A stretch of DNA of 63,952 bases, the filler included, from Bacteroidales bacterium (GTDB lineage: Bacteria > Bacteroidota > Bacteroidia > Bacteroidales > CAIWKO01): assembly GCA_035389045.1 (NCBI GenBank). It is 3 parts of 3 records of this genome, joined end to end, with 100 filler letters (N's around TTAATTAATTAA, not from the genome) between each part and the next. Parts side by side here need not be neighbours in the genome. Positions count along the whole stretch, not along the records: positions 48,377 to 63,952 come from DAOORA010000085.1; 2 more parts are not named here. The stretch is one strand, 5' to 3'. The notes under the pieces were generated by a model that had not been told where the DNA came from, ran no database searches, and saw only the letters and a list, made by a program, of their open reading frames with translations. Position numbers and translations under genes: made by a program. This document shows positions 51,302-62,586 of this stretch, in pieces. The first letter of the stretch is position 1; the number at the start of each line of letters is the position of its first letter.

Positions 51302-53446
51302 ATGAGACCAGATTTTATAAATATTGATTACAAACCACAGTCCGGAGAAAAAAAACAAGGAAGTGTTTCGGCAAAAGCAGGTGAAGATATGCTCACCCCT
51401 GAACTTATTCCGCTAAAACCTTTTTATAATGCCGGCGATCAGGCGGGGATGGAACATCTGAATTATGCAGCCGGTATTCCTCCCTATCTCAGGGGGCCTT
51501 ATTCCACCATGTATGTGATGCAACCCTGGACTATCCGTCAGTATGCCGGATTTTCGACCGCTGAGGAATCCAACGCTTTTTACCGCCGCAACCTTGCTGC
51601 CGGACAAAAAGGCCTCTCGGTAGCCTTTGACCTTGCCACACACCGGGGTTATGATTCAGACCACGAACGGGTGGTTGGCGATGTGGGAAAAGCCGGCGTT
51701 GCCATTGACTCCATTCTCGACATGAAGATCCTCTTCGACAATATCCCCCTTGATAAAATGTCGGTTTCTATGACCATGAACGGCGCGGTTCTTCCTGTAC
51801 TGGCTTTCTATATTGTTGCTGCCGAAGAACAGGGCGTGGCGATGGAGAAACTTACCGGCACCATACAAAACGACATCCTGAAAGAATTTATGGTGCGTAA
51901 TACTTACATATATCCTCCGCTGCCCTCTATGAAGATCATTGCTGATATTTTTGAGTTTACGTCGAAGAATATGCCTAAATTCAATTCAATCAGCATCAGC
52001 GGATATCACATGCAGGAAGCAGGGGCAACAGCCGACATTGAACTGGCCTATACCCTTGCTGATGGCCTTGAATACCTGAGAGCCGGAGTGAATGCCGGAA
52101 TGGATATCGACTCTTTTGCCCCCCGTCTTTCATTTTTCTGGGGTATCGGCATGAATCATTTTATGGAGATAGCCAAGATGAGGGCTGCACGTATGTTGTG
52201 GGCAAAGCTGGTCAATACTTTTAATCCTAAAAATCCCAAGTCGCTTGCCTTGCGCACCCATTGCCAGACATCGGGCTGGAGCCTGACTGAACAGGATCCG
52301 TTCAACAACGTGGCACGGACATGTATCGAAGCTATGGCTGCAGCTCTCGGCCATACGCAATCGTTGCACACCAATGCGCTGGATGAAGCCATTGCCTTGC
52401 CCACCGACTTTTCGGCACGTATTGCCCGGAACACCCAGATTTATTTGCAGGAAGAAACCAACATCAGCAGGGTAGTGGATCCCTGGGGCGGAAGCTATTA
52501 TGTTGAATACCTTACCCATCAGCTCGCGCATAAAGCATGGGCACACATTCAGGAAGTCGAAAGCCTGGGCGGGATGGCTAAGGCTATTGAAACCGGCCTT
52601 CCAAAGATGCGTATCGAAGAAGCTGCCGCCCGAAAGCAGGCCCGCATTGATTCAGGGAAAGATATTATCGTCGGCGTGAATAAGTATCGTCTCAGCAAAG
52701 AAGCCCCTATTGACACACTGGAAGTTGATAATACAGCGGTTCGCGATGCACAGCTCAGGCGCCTTGCACAACTGAAAGCCGGACGGAATAATGAGGAAGT
52801 ACAACAAGCATTAGATAAAATAACCAGGGCATGTGAAACCGGAAATGGCAATCTTCTGGAACTGGCTGTCGATGCAGCCCGTAAAAGAGCTTCTCTGGGA
52901 GAAATTTCCATGGCATGCGAAAAAATATTCGGGAGGTACAAAGCCGTGATACGATCAATTTCAGGAATTTACTCATCCGAATCCAGGGATGATGATAGTT
53001 ATAAAAAAGCCTGTGAGCTGGCCGACCGGTTTGCTGCATTGGAAGGCAGGCGACCGCGTATCATGATCGCCAAAATGGGGCAGGACGGCCACGACCGCGG
53101 GGCAAAAGTGGTGGCAACCGGCTATGCTGATATAGGCTTTGATGTAGACATCGGGCCGCTGTTTCAGACGCCGGCAGAAGCCGCCAAACAAGCGGTTGAA
53201 AACGACGTACACATACTTGGCGTGTCGAGCCTTGCCGCCGGACATAAAACCCTGGTGCCGCAGGTCATTGAAGAACTGAAGAAACTCGGTCGGGAAGATA
53301 TCATGGTGATCGTCGGGGGCGTGATACCACCGCAGGATTATGACTTCCTTTACCAGGCAGGCGCCATTGCCATTTTCGGGCCCGGCACCAAAATTCCTGC
53401 TGCTGCCATAAATATGCTCGAAATATTGATAGAGGCAAGGAAATAA
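51302..53446 (+). CDS. mutB: methylmalonyl-CoA mutase large subunit
   Basis: [24 protein letters not shown]12-binding motif. Confidence 0.98.
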   Translation: MRPDFINIDYKPQSGEKKQGSVSAKAGEDMLTPELIPLKPFYNAGDQAGMEHLNYAAGIPPYLRGPYSTMYVMQPWTIRQYAGFSTAEESNAFYRRNLAAGQKGLSVAFDLATHRGYDSDHERVVGDVGKAGVAIDSILDMKILFDNIPLDKMSVSMTMNGAVLPVLAFYIVAAEEQGVAMEKLTGTIQNDILKEFMVRNTYIYPPLPSMKIIADIFEFTSKNMPKFNSISISGYHMQEAGATADIELAYTLADGLEYLRAGVNAGMDIDSFAPRLSFFWGIGMNHFMEIAKMRAARMLWAKLVNTFNPKNPKSLALRTHCQTSGWSLTEQDPFNNVARTCIEAMAAALGHTQSLHTNALDEAIALPTDFSARIARNTQIYLQEETNISRVVDPWGGSYYVEYLTHQLAHKAWAHIQEVESLGGMAKAIETGLPKMRIEEAAARKQARIDSGKDIIVGVNKYRLSKEAPIDTLEVDNTAVRDAQLRRLAQLKAGRNNEEVQQALDKITRACETGNGNLLELAVDAARKRASLGEISMACEKIFGRYKAVIRSISGIYSSESRDDDSYKKACELADRFAALEGRRPRIMIAKMGQDGHDRGAKVVATGYADIGFDVDIGPLFQTPAEAAKQAVENDVHILGVSSLAAGHKTLVPQVIEELKKLGREDIMVIVGGVIPPQDYDFLYQAGAIAIFGPGTKIPAAAINMLEILIEARK

Positions 53447-53563
53447 TGTAAGCCCCAAAGGTTTTTTGTACGGTAATCAGCCTATTATTTCCTTCTTAAC
53501 ACCTGTGTTGATATTTTTGGCTTAAAATTTGTTTAATTTTGACATCATCAAAAATTCTTTAAA

Positions 53564-53941
53564 ATGAAAAAAATAGTAGTTTTCTGCATAGCCGCATTAA
53601 TCGGAATGCAAATCTCATTTGCACAAACCACCATTACCGGCAAAGTCACTTCAAAGAAAGATGGCAAAGCTGTTTCGGGTGCACAGATCAAAGCAAAGGC
53701 TGCGGCCGACATAGTGGTAATGACCGATTTTAACGGTAATTACCAAATTACAGTACCCTCCGATATTAAGGTACTTGAGGTGAACGCTGTGGGTTATTCA
53801 ACAAAAACCGAAGGCATCGGTCAAAAGAAAGTTATTGATTTTGTTCTGACTCCTGCCTCAAAGAAGAGTAAAACGCTGGTAAAATCCAAACCGGTACAAA
53901 TGAAAACGCCGGAAAGCGATAAGTCTAAAACCACCAAATAA
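53564..53941 (+). CDS. exported carboxypeptidase-regulatory-like domain protein
   Basis: Signal peptide; ITGKVT...TDFNGNYQI...VGY. Confidence 0.8.
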   Translation: MKKIVVFCIAALIGMQISFAQTTITGKVTSKKDGKAVSGAQIKAKAAADIVVMTDFNGNYQITVPSDIKVLEVNAVGYSTKTEGIGQKKVIDFVLTPASKKSKTLVKSKPVQMKTPESDKSKTTK

Positions 53942-53960
53942 TAAGACAATGTTGTATGCG

Positions 53961-53992
53961 AAAAAGCTGCTTTGATACAAGCAGCTTTTTTT
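53961..53992. terminator. bidirectional intrinsic terminator
   Basis: AAAAAGCTGCTT-TGATAC-AAGCAGCTTTTTTT between convergent genes. Confidence 0.85.
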
Positions 53993-54050
53993 ATCGAAAA
54001 ACATACCACTTTATTTGGGTAACCGAATTTTCTTGAAAACCCGGTTTCCT

Positions 54051-54866
54051 TTATATCTGTGATTTTTCGGATGTTTTTTTCCTTTTCAGGGCGAAAATAA
54101 TAAATCCGATCCCCAGAACGATAAATGGAATGCTGAGCCACTGTCCCATATCCAACATCATGGTTTTTTCGAAATCTACCTGAACTTCTTTAAGAAATTC
54201 GATAAGAAAACGGGCAGCAAACAGTGCGGTTAAAAATACCCCGACGAAGAATCCGGGGTGGTTGATCCCGATATTTTTGCGATACAGGATGAGAAGCACC
54301 AGCGTTATCAACAGATAAGAAATGGCTTCATATAACTGTGTCGGGTGCCGCGGCAGACTACCAGAGTCTTTATCGCCTAAGAAAATGAAACCCCAGGGAA
54401 GCGAAGTGGTGATACCATATATTTCGGAATTCATCAGATTGCCGAAACGGACAAAAGCAGCCGTAACGGGTATTGCCATGGCCATCCGGTCGAACAGCCA
54501 CAACACATTTACTTTGAATTGCCTGACATAGATAATAAGCACAATGACAATGGCCGCTGCAGCGCCGTGGCTTGCCAGGCCGCCTTTCCATACCATAAGA
54601 ATTTCATCGGTATGATGCCGGTAATAATCCCATTCGTAGAAAAAAACATGTCCGAGCCTTGCGCCGATCAGTACCGCCAAAAACACATAAAACGTAAGCC
54701 AGTCGAGCAGTTTCAGCTGAACCTTTTCGCGTTTAAAGATATAATATAAAACCGAATAGGCAAGGAAGAAGCCCATCGCAAACAAAAATCCATACCAGCG
54801 GAGTCCGAAACCTCCGATACTGAACAATTCAGCGCCGGGATTCCATATTACAAACAGTGATTTCAT
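54051..54866 (-). CDS. lgt: prolipoprotein diacylglyceryl transferase
   Basis: RWYG, GARLGH, GGLASHG, RFGNLMNSEIYG, RHPTQLYE. Confidence 0.97.
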   Translation of the reverse strand: MKSLFVIWNPGAELFSIGGFGLRWYGFLFAMGFFLAYSVLYYIFKREKVQLKLLDWLTFYVFLAVLIGARLGHVFFYEWDYYRHHTDEILMVWKGGLASHGAAAAIVIVLIIYVRQFKVNVLWLFDRMAMAIPVTAAFVRFGNLMNSEIYGITTSLPWGFIFLGDKDSGSLPRHPTQLYEAISYLLITLVLLILYRKNIGINHPGFFVGVFLTALFAARFLIEFLKEVQVDFEKTMMLDMGQWLSIPFIVLGIGFIIFALKRKKTSEKSQI

Positions 54867-54870
54867 AATG

Positions 54871-55401
54871 CTAATTTAATTCAAAAACGATGTGAGTATC
54901 TTCAGTAATATTATTCTTCTGACAGAATCCCGCATTAACTTCAACAACATACATAGCATCTTTTCCCGAAGGAATGGATGTTTCGGAAAAAGGTACGGTA
55001 TGACTGGCAATACTTACGATCTTGTACTCCCGGTTTACGAAAATGATATCCAGCGGAAATTGGGTATTCTTCATCCAGAACGATAAGGGTTGCATGCTTT
55101 CAAAAATAAACAACATTCCACAGCTGTCGGGCATGCTGTTACGGTACATCAGCCCCTGTGTACGTGCTGCATCATTGTCTGCAATTTCAATGCTGATAGT
55201 TTTCAGAAATTTATTATTCTGAACAAACTGTAACTCACCGTCTTTTCTGAAGACAGGTGCCGCCGGCTCTTCCCTGATCATTACCGGATGCTGTTTCTTT
55301 GTCTTTGCCGGGGGCGAAGTAAAGATAATGGCAAATAATGCGGTCAAAAGACACACCACCAGAATGATTCCGGTTATGATACCTTTTTGTTTTTTTTGCA
55401 C
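54871..55401 (-). CDS. DUF192 family protein
   Basis: EIAD...GLMYR...GMLFIF...FWMKNT..PLDIIF. Confidence 0.92.
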   Translation of the reverse strand: MQKKQKGIITGIILVVCLLTALFAIIFTSPPAKTKKQHPVMIREEPAAPVFRKDGELQFVQNNKFLKTISIEIADNDAARTQGLMYRNSMPDSCGMLFIFESMQPLSFWMKNTQFPLDIIFVNREYKIVSIASHTVPFSETSIPSGKDAMYVVEVNAGFCQKNNITEDTHIVFELN

Positions 55402-55402
55402 C

Positions 55403-55690
55403 TTACGACTTATAAAAAAATATCATGAAAATGATTGCAAAAATGAACGTAACAAATAAAATCCCCCGGCCAGTTTTGTCGGCTTTCAAATTTACAAGAT
55501 AAATCCTCAGGGCAATGGCATTGGGGATCAAACCCAAAATATAAAGGGTTGATAACCTGAATATCGGTTTATCATTGTTTACAAATACGTAAACGTTCAA
55601 TAAATACAGCAACCCCGTGCATATGGCCGGCATGATTATGCCCAGAATAAGTCCCAGCCAGAAGGAATCTTTTTTTAAAAAATTAAACAT
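55403..55690 (-). CDS. small membrane protein
   Basis: Three hydrophobic segments; within the surE operon. Confidence 0.7.
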   Translation of the reverse strand: MFNFLKKDSFWLGLILGIIMPAICTGLLYLLNVYVFVNNDKPIFRLSTLYILGLIPNAIALRIYLVNLKADKTGRGILFVTFIFAIIFMIFFYKS

Positions 55691-56450
55691 TGTTTTTCCA
55701 TTTTTTTAGTACCGGGATAGCGTTATGAGCCGTAAAATCAACATGAACGGGCACTACCGAAACATAATTGTTTTTCAGTGCCCATTCATCGGTATCCTTT
55801 CCGTGGTCTGTGTTTTCAAACACTCCGGTTAACCAGTAATAGCTTCTTCCATGCGGATCTTTACGTTCGGTGAATTCTTCCTTCCAATAGGCATTGGCCT
55901 GCCGGCAGATCTTGATACCTTTTAGTTTTTTCTCATTTTTTGGGAAGTTCACATTGAGGCATGTTCTTCCGGGCAGACCATTTTTAAGGAGATTCAGGCA
56001 TATTTTTTTTATATAGTCAGCGGTATGGCTGAAATCGGCATGATACGAATAATCGTTCAGGGAAAAACCGGCTGCCGGGATATTTACCATAGCGCCTTCG
56101 AGAGCGGCAGACATAGTGCCGGAATAAATGATATTTATAGAGGAATTGGAGCCATGGTTTATACCCGACACGAGCAGATCGGGTTTGCGGTGCAGTATCT
56201 TGTCAACCGCCAGTTTTACACAATCAACGGGAGTGCCGCTGCAGCAATACTCTTTATAATGGTCTTCCACAAGAATTTTTTGCATCCGCAAAGGAGTGCC
56301 AACCGTAATGGCATGTCCCATGGCCGACTGGGGCTTATCCGGCGCTAATACCACCACAGTTCCCAGTTCCCGCATAACTCCTATCAGGAACCTGATGCCG
56401 GGCGCAACAACACCGTCATCATTTGTTACGAGGATGAGTGGCTTATTCAT
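55683..56450 (-). CDS. surE: 5'/3'-nucleotidase SurE
   Basis: ILVTNDDG, GTPVDCV, SGINHGSN, YSGT. Confidence 0.97.
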   Translation of the reverse strand: MNKPLILVTNDDGVVAPGIRFLIGVMRELGTVVVLAPDKPQSAMGHAITVGTPLRMQKILVEDHYKEYCCSGTPVDCVKLAVDKILHRKPDLLVSGINHGSNSSINIIYSGTMSAALEGAMVNIPAAGFSLNDYSYHADFSHTADYIKKICLNLLKNGLPGRTCLNVNFPKNEKKLKGIKICRQANAYWKEEFTERKDPHGRSYYWLTGVFENTDHGKDTDEWALKNNYVSVVPVHVDFTAHNAIPVLKKWKNNV

Positions 56451-56587
56451 TTTTTTAGGCGAAATTACTACTTTTTGGGATATTTTTTGGAACATATTTT
56501 ATTATAAAGCAAATCATTTTTTGTTAAATTTTATTATCGGCTTTACTAATAAATTTTAAAATATTAGCTTTACAGCAAGTTTTAACA

Positions 56588-57799
56588 GTGATGAAAAAAA
56601 TTCCCCTCAAGATAATCAACTTTTATCTGTTTACGATTCTCCTTATTATCACTCCATTTCTGATGCTGCAGAATTACCTGCAGAATGCAATAGGCAGGGC
56701 GTCGAGAGCGGCCATTGAGTTTGAGGATTTCAGCATTCCCTATACAGTTATGATTGCTGTAGTGGTGCTTATCTTGTTTTTTTATTTGTCGCGAAAAATA
56801 CTTACCAGAAAAAGGCTGCTGTACTTAGGCCTTGTTTTAGTTTTTGTTGCCATAGGCCAGTCCACCTCCGACTATTATTTCGGACATCATTTTTATGACC
56901 TGCAGCACAACTGGCATTATATTGCATACGGTATATTTTCTTTTGTTGCCTTCCGGAGGTTCTCACTCAAACCCCTACCGGTCAATAAAATATTGTTCCG
57001 GATATTTATTATGGCGCTGATTATCTCTGTTTTTGATGAAATCATCCAGGTTTATATTTCTAACAGGGTGTTCGACCTCTCTGATTGCGGAAAAGATCTC
57101 TGGGGAAACATGGCAGGAATTTTATTTGTTTTCTTCTACCTCGAAAACGGAAAAGGATTCCCGAATTTCAGACTGAGAAATAAAAAACTAAAGGACTATT
57201 ATTCAAATCCTTTTTCGCTCCTTTGTCTGGAAATAATTTTTGCATATATATTCCTGTTCGTTGCTTCGCAAATCACCGGCGAACAATATAAGTTCAACGT
57301 AATTTTAATCACACTGTTATTTTTTATGATTGCCTTTATTCTTGTGCATATCGGCCGGAACAAAATCATCCGCTGGATCATACGAGGAGGCTTGCTGTTG
57401 TTTATTATTATTGTTTTTATTGCTGCCCGCTTTGGTGATTCGGGAGCAAAATGTATAAAACCAGGTTATATTAAATATAATGGCTTGCCACTTATGTATT
57501 TTGATTATATGATTTTTCCAAATGGAGGCTTCAGGACCGTTGATAAAAAAGTACTGTTTATGTTGCGGGACAAGCAAAAGATTGAAGACCTCGGCCCCGA
57601 TATTCTGCTGATCGGAACCGGGACCAAAGGCCAGGGAGGGAAAGGATGGAGTGATAATGTTGCGACCGAAATGGCATATAATAGTTTTAAACACGAAATG
57701 TATCAAATTGTAAAACTTCCGAACCGGCAGGCCTGCGAAACTTTCAACCGCTTGAAAAAACAGAAAAAGGAAGTTCTTTTTATCATTCATAATGAATAG
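56588..57799 (+). CDS. VanZ-like membrane protein fused to a C-terminal Mth938-like domain
   Basis: HYIAYG...DEIIQ...RVFDLSD...N (VanZ); DILLIGTG...ACETFNRL...IIH (Mth938). Confidence 0.65.
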   Translation: MMKKIPLKIINFYLFTILLIITPFLMLQNYLQNAIGRASRAAIEFEDFSIPYTVMIAVVVLILFFYLSRKILTRKRLLYLGLVLVFVAIGQSTSDYYFGHHFYDLQHNWHYIAYGIFSFVAFRRFSLKPLPVNKILFRIFIMALIISVFDEIIQVYISNRVFDLSDCGKDLWGNMAGILFVFFYLENGKGFPNFRLRNKKLKDYYSNPFSLLCLEIIFAYIFLFVASQITGEQYKFNVILITLLFFMIAFILVHIGRNKIIRWIIRGGLLLFIIIVFIAARFGDSGAKCIKPGYIKYNGLPLMYFDYMIFPNGGFRTVDKKVLFMLRDKQKIEDLGPDILLIGTGTKGQGGKGWSDNVATEMAYNSFKHEMYQIVKLPNRQACETFNRLKKQKKEVLFIIHNE

Positions 57800-57801
57800 T
57801 T

Positions 57802-58734
57802 ATGGCAAAAAATGTTGTAAACGATCCTTATGTTTTTTCTGATAAAATAATTATGGGTTCTCTGTTTTTTATTTGGGGTGTCCTGATTATTTTCGGAATA
57901 ATTACCTTAATGCAACCCCAATGGCTCATTGAATTGTCAAAACCGGGAAGGACTGAAGAAGCCCTGGTAAATATTAATGCCGGGAACGCATACCTATACA
58001 ATGCCAATAAAAGGAGTTCAATGCAGGATTACCAGCTGGCGCTAACCAACTACCAGATGGCGCTGAAGATTGACCCTTATAACATTGAGGCATTGGCCAA
58101 CACAGGGGTGACATATTTGTTTATGAACAGACTGGATGACGCTAAAGCAACTTTTGAGAAATGCCTTGTAATAGACAGCAACAGCCGTTATCATACTTAT
58201 GTTTACCTGGGTGATGTTTGCGAGCGTAAAGGTGAAATTGAAAAAGCCCTTGAATATTATTTGCTTGCTGCAAAAACTCATCCGGATCCTGCATACCCTT
58301 TGCGTAAAGCAGGATTATTCAATGTCAGGCTTAAAAACTTTGATGAAGCAATAAATCACCTCAGGCAATCCATTGAGCTGACAAAAAGCTTTGAAAATCT
58401 ATATAGGTCAACATTGACAGAAGCGCGGTACAAAACGATAAAAAACAATGACACAGTGAATTTGAAAGCGATTGATGAAGAACTCAGTAAAACTGATTAT
58501 ACTTCTGAACTGCAACGATTTGATAAAGAGATTTTTGATCAAACCCTCAGAACAAGTAAAGACCTGGGGTATGCCTATATGTATTTGGGCGAAGCCTATT
58601 TTTTAAAATCTGAATTTGCAGATGCGGTTGAAAATTATCAATTAAGCATGCAATATTTTCCGTCACTAAATGAAAAATTCAAAAATAATCTCCTGTTTGC
58701 CGTTGAAAATGCCAACAAACAGCCCCCCCGGTAA
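57802..58734 (+). CDS. membrane-anchored tetratricopeptide repeat protein
   Basis: N-terminal TM; ALKIDPYNIEALANTG and other TPR-like repeats. Confidence 0.85.
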   Translation: MAKNVVNDPYVFSDKIIMGSLFFIWGVLIIFGIITLMQPQWLIELSKPGRTEEALVNINAGNAYLYNANKRSSMQDYQLALTNYQMALKIDPYNIEALANTGVTYLFMNRLDDAKATFEKCLVIDSNSRYHTYVYLGDVCERKGEIEKALEYYLLAAKTHPDPAYPLRKAGLFNVRLKNFDEAINHLRQSIELTKSFENLYRSTLTEARYKTIKNNDTVNLKAIDEELSKTDYTSELQRFDKEIFDQTLRTSKDLGYAYMYLGEAYFLKSEFADAVENYQLSMQYFPSLNEKFKNNLLFAVENANKQPPR

Positions 58735-58826
58735 AAGCATTATTAGTTTTTGTTTCCGATTCTCACAAGTATTTTGTGGAATTTCCATAAAATTTTCTCT
58801 ATTGTAAAATTTAAAATCCTGAATTT

Positions 58827-60437
58827 ATGAAAAAAATAGTTTTAGTAGTGCTTCTGGCAAGCATTATTGTTTCAGTAAAAGCTGAAGATCAGCCCAAACC
58901 GGTTAAATCAAAGATCAAAGAAGTCACTGTTTTTTTTAACGGGGCACAGGTGACCCAATCGGGAGAAATAACACTTCCTGCCGGTCAAAGTTCCGTTATT
59001 TTTGAGGATATTACACAATATATCAACGCACAAAGCATTCAGGTAAAAGGTGAAGGCAGTTTCGACATTTTATCGGTAGTTCATCAGATCAATTACCTGA
59101 AAAGTCAGAAAAAATTACCTGAAGTGATCAAAATTGAGGACTCTCTGCAGCTGTTGTCCAAAAACCTCAGTTACCAGCAGACCATCCTGAATGTTTATAT
59201 GCAGGAAGAAACGATGTTGTTAGCCAATAAAGCCATCGGAGGCGAACAAACGGGGGTTAAGATCACCGATTTGAAAGAGGCCACCGAATACTTCAGGACC
59301 CGCCTCCTGGATATAAAAAACAACCAGATGACCATACAGGATAAGATCAATGTCGTCCAGAAACGTATCACTGCCTTAAACAACCAGTTACAGGCGCTGA
59401 ATGCGAAGGTGTCTGAACCGACCAGCGAAATAGTGGTGACGTTAAATGCAGGCGCCGAGGTTCAGGCAAAGCTCCTGTTAAGTTATTATGTCACTAATGC
59501 GGGCTGGACTCCGACCTACGACCTGCGTGCAGTAAATGTCAACAGCCCGATAGACCTTGATTTTCGTGCCAATGTCCGCCAGAGCACCGGTAATAACTGG
59601 AATAATGTCAAACTCACCTTGTCGACAGGCAACCCCATGCAAAGCGGCGCCAAACCTGTGCTGAACCCCTGGTACCTTTCCTATATTTCTCCGCATACCT
59701 ATGGTTATGTGTCCGGTGTAACAGTGACTAAAAGCGAAGCCCGGCCGCAGCAGGCTGACGGCAAATCAAATGAGGTGGCTTTTGAGCAGGCACGTTCCAT
59801 TGCTGATTATACCGTAGTTAATGAAACTCAGACAAACATAGAATACGTGATCAACATGCCCTATTCAATACCTGCTGATGGTAAAAATTATATGGTGGAG
59901 ATTCAGAAAAACACCCTGCCGGCCACATATCAGTACCATTGTATCCCGAAACTGGATAATGATGTCTTTCTGATAGCGAGGGTCAGCGGCTGGGAACAGT
60001 ACAATATCATTTCGGGCGAGATGAACCTGTTTTTTGAAGGTACCTATGTCGGAAAGTCTTACATTGACACGCGGGTAACTACCGATACACTTGAATTTTC
60101 CCTGGGAACCGATAAAAACATTGCCGTAAAACGCGAAAAAGTTCAGGATTTTTCCAGTGTGAAGTTCATTGGTTTAAATAAAAAGGAAACTTTCACATAC
60201 AATATTAATATTCGTAACAAGAAAAAACAGGCCATTGACATTGTGATCGAAGATCAGTTACCTATATCATCAGATAAGGATATAGAGGTCGAAATGCTGG
60301 AGATCACTTCAGCCAGCCTTGACAAGGATTATGGCCGGCTTTCTTGGAAATTCAGCATGAAACCTGCTGAAACCAAAGAACTGAAATTGTCGTATTCCGT
60401 AAAATATCCGAAAGACAGGCAGATCAATCTTTATTGA
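58827..60437 (+). CDS. DUF4140/DUF4139 (MuiA-like) exported protein
   Basis: EVTVFFNGAQV, AGWTPTYDLR, QSTGNNWNNVKLTLST, YSVKYPK. Confidence 0.9.
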   Translation: MKKIVLVVLLASIIVSVKAEDQPKPVKSKIKEVTVFFNGAQVTQSGEITLPAGQSSVIFEDITQYINAQSIQVKGEGSFDILSVVHQINYLKSQKKLPEVIKIEDSLQLLSKNLSYQQTILNVYMQEETMLLANKAIGGEQTGVKITDLKEATEYFRTRLLDIKNNQMTIQDKINVVQKRITALNNQLQALNAKVSEPTSEIVVTLNAGAEVQAKLLLSYYVTNAGWTPTYDLRAVNVNSPIDLDFRANVRQSTGNNWNNVKLTLSTGNPMQSGAKPVLNPWYLSYISPHTYGYVSGVTVTKSEARPQQADGKSNEVAFEQARSIADYTVVNETQTNIEYVINMPYSIPADGKNYMVEIQKNTLPATYQYHCIPKLDNDVFLIARVSGWEQYNIISGEMNLFFEGTYVGKSYIDTRVTTDTLEFSLGTDKNIAVKREKVQDFSSVKFIGLNKKETFTYNINIRNKKKQAIDIVIEDQLPISSDKDIEVEMLEITSASLDKDYGRLSWKFSMKPAETKELKLSYSVKYPKDRQINLY

Positions 60438-60448
60438 TAAGCTTGTAC

Positions 60449-60967
60449 TTACCATTCAAACGCATCATCATTCATCCAGGTCCCCTGTATCTTCATGAGT
60501 TGTTCGATGATGTCGCGTACGCAGCCATGCCCGCCCTTAAACGGTGAAATATATTTAGAAATGGATTTGATTTCCTCAGCCGCATCGGCTGGGCAGGCGG
60601 GAAGCCCGGCCATCTGCATCACTTTGTAATCGGGAATATCGTCGCCCATAAAAAGCACCTGTGCCGGATCAATATTTTTCTGCTCCAGGTATTCGTTAAA
60701 GGTTCCGACCTTATCGCTTACACAAATATAAATATCTTTAAGATTCAGTGTTTCGAGACGTTTACTGATTGAATGAGATGTTCCGCCACTGATAATAGCG
60801 ACGTTATAACCTTTTTTCAGGGCGAGATGCAACGCATAACCATCGCGTACATAACCCGTTCGGTATTGTTCGCCAACCTCGGTTGTTAGCACAGTGCCGT
60901 CGGTAAGTACACCATCGTAGTCAAAGATCAGGGTATTAATATTCTTCAATATCTCCTTATAGTTCAT
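60449..60967 (-). CDS. kdsC: KDO-8-phosphate phosphatase (HAD family)
   Basis: FDYDGVLTDG, GDDIPD, GGHGCVR. Confidence 0.9.
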   Translation of the reverse strand: MNYKEILKNINTLIFDYDGVLTDGTVLTTEVGEQYRTGYVRDGYALHLALKKGYNVAIISGGTSHSISKRLETLNLKDIYICVSDKVGTFNEYLEQKNIDPAQVLFMGDDIPDYKVMQMAGLPACPADAAEEIKSISKYISPFKGGHGCVRDIIEQLMKIQGTWMNDDAFEW

Positions 60968-61739
60968 TGTTTTTCTTTTTTTGAATAATTGTTTCCGTCA
61001 GCAAATTATATATTTTTTGATAGGGTTGAAAATTACCAAGCATTTTTTTATGCACAGCGATTATCTCATAATCTTCACGTACTGCTGGCCCAGTTTGTAG
61101 TTTTGAAGGCGAAGTATTTTGAATTTTCTGTGCTGTTTCAGCAATCAGGGGGTACAGCATTTCAAAAGGCAGGTCATGATTTTTCAATAGCTCTTCGGCA
61201 ATAATATAGTTCAGGTTTGTAAAATTACATGCAAAGACGGCGGAAAGATGCAGGATTTTTCTTTTTTCCGAAGGTACATGATGTACATGATGCGAAATGG
61301 CAGAGGCAAGCTCTATCAACGTTTCCAGATTCAATGGATGGTTGGCCTCAATGCAGAGCGGAATTTCAGAAAATCCGATGATATTTTCAGCTGAAAGATG
61401 CATCAGCGGATAAAACACGCCGTAATCATCAAATCTATCATTAAACACTGAAATATCAACAGTGCCTGAGGTATGGGCAACAATACCCGAGGTGCCAGTC
61501 AGATGTTCAGCCACCTCAGATATAGCCGCATCATTTACCGCAATAAGAAACAAGTCTGCCTTCCGCGGAAGTTCTCTGAACTGATCCGTATAGGCTGCGT
61601 TTACCTGCTCTGCGAGTTTGCGGGCTTTTCCGGCATTACGGCTAAAGACAAACAGAATATTTTTTCCAGCCTTCCGGAACGCGACGGCAAAATTGGATGC
61701 AGCATTTCCGGCCCCGATAATTACAATATCATTTATCAT
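60957..61739 (-). CDS. Rossmann-like / DUF2520 domain protein
   Basis: IIGAGN, HTSG, FYPL, HLSAVFACNF, QTGPAVR. Confidence 0.9.
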   Translation of the reverse strand: MINDIVIIGAGNAASNFAVAFRKAGKNILFVFSRNAGKARKLAEQVNAAYTDQFRELPRKADLFLIAVNDAAISEVAEHLTGTSGIVAHTSGTVDISVFNDRFDDYGVFYPLMHLSAENIIGFSEIPLCIEANHPLNLETLIELASAISHHVHHVPSEKRKILHLSAVFACNFTNLNYIIAEELLKNHDLPFEMLYPLIAETAQKIQNTSPSKLQTGPAVREDYEIIAVHKKMLGNFQPYQKIYNLLTETIIQKKKNNEL

Positions 61740-61754
61740 TAAATTAAAATATAA

Positions 61755-62423
61755 TCAATAATTGATAATAAAATATGTTGTATCAAACGCGGGGCAATAA
61801 AGTGTTGTTGTGTGCAGCAGGGTTGTTCCTTCTTTGGTGACATTATAGGTTAGTGTCACGTTTTGATTACCATGAGTTTTACATAGAACAGTATCTGTAA
61901 AGTCAGCCCCGTGACCCTGCATAATGGTGTTGTCGCAGCAATCGTAACCGCCAAGCCATCCTGATGAAAAATAATAGGAAATAAAGTCGCTGGTATCAAA
62001 TGGCATAGCATTTCTTATTTTAAGATCGATATAGGCAACCGGATAAATGTTATAGGTTGGCGAAAAAGTAATCTCTGGTACAATCTCTGATGTTGATATA
62101 TCTTTGAAAAGGCCGAAATACTGAGGTTTGCTGATCCTTATCTGAAAACCGGCATATTTATCGTTTACAAAATCAAAAACAAAGGTACCCAGGGCATCCG
62201 TGACCGTAGTTGCTATGACCTCATACCCGGAACTAAACACACCACCTGAACTGAGTTTGCTGGCAGCAAAACTTACTTCCGCTCCCTGTACATAAGCCGC
62301 CGTATTGGGATCATAAACCCTGCCTTCAATATGGATGGTGTTTTTTTTGTCTTTATTGCATGATACAATGATTGATAGTAGTATTATGTATAAAACAATA
62401 TGAAACCTGAAGCATTTCCGCAT
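61755..62423 (-). CDS. hypothetical lipoprotein
   Basis: Lipobox IVSC followed by NKDKK. Confidence 0.75.
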   Translation of the reverse strand: MRKCFRFHIVLYIILLSIIVSCNKDKKNTIHIEGRVYDPNTAAYVQGAEVSFAASKLSSGGVFSSGYEVIATTVTDALGTFVFDFVNDKYAGFQIRISKPQYFGLFKDISTSEIVPEITFSPTYNIYPVAYIDLKIRNAMPFDTSDFISYYFSSGWLGGYDCCDNTIMQGHGADFTDTVLCKTHGNQNVTLTYNVTKEGTTLLHTTTLYCPAFDTTYFIINY

Positions 62424-62586
62424 GATAAAACAAATTCTTGTGCAATTTAGCAAATTTTGGAATATGTCGGCATATTTGAAGCAAAATGAGGTTCAAATCT
62501 TGTTTTGAAAGTCGCATGTCAGCGATTGATGATTCACACGGAAAATGAATACGGCACTTCGGACATAAATGATAAGTGCCAGGCAA

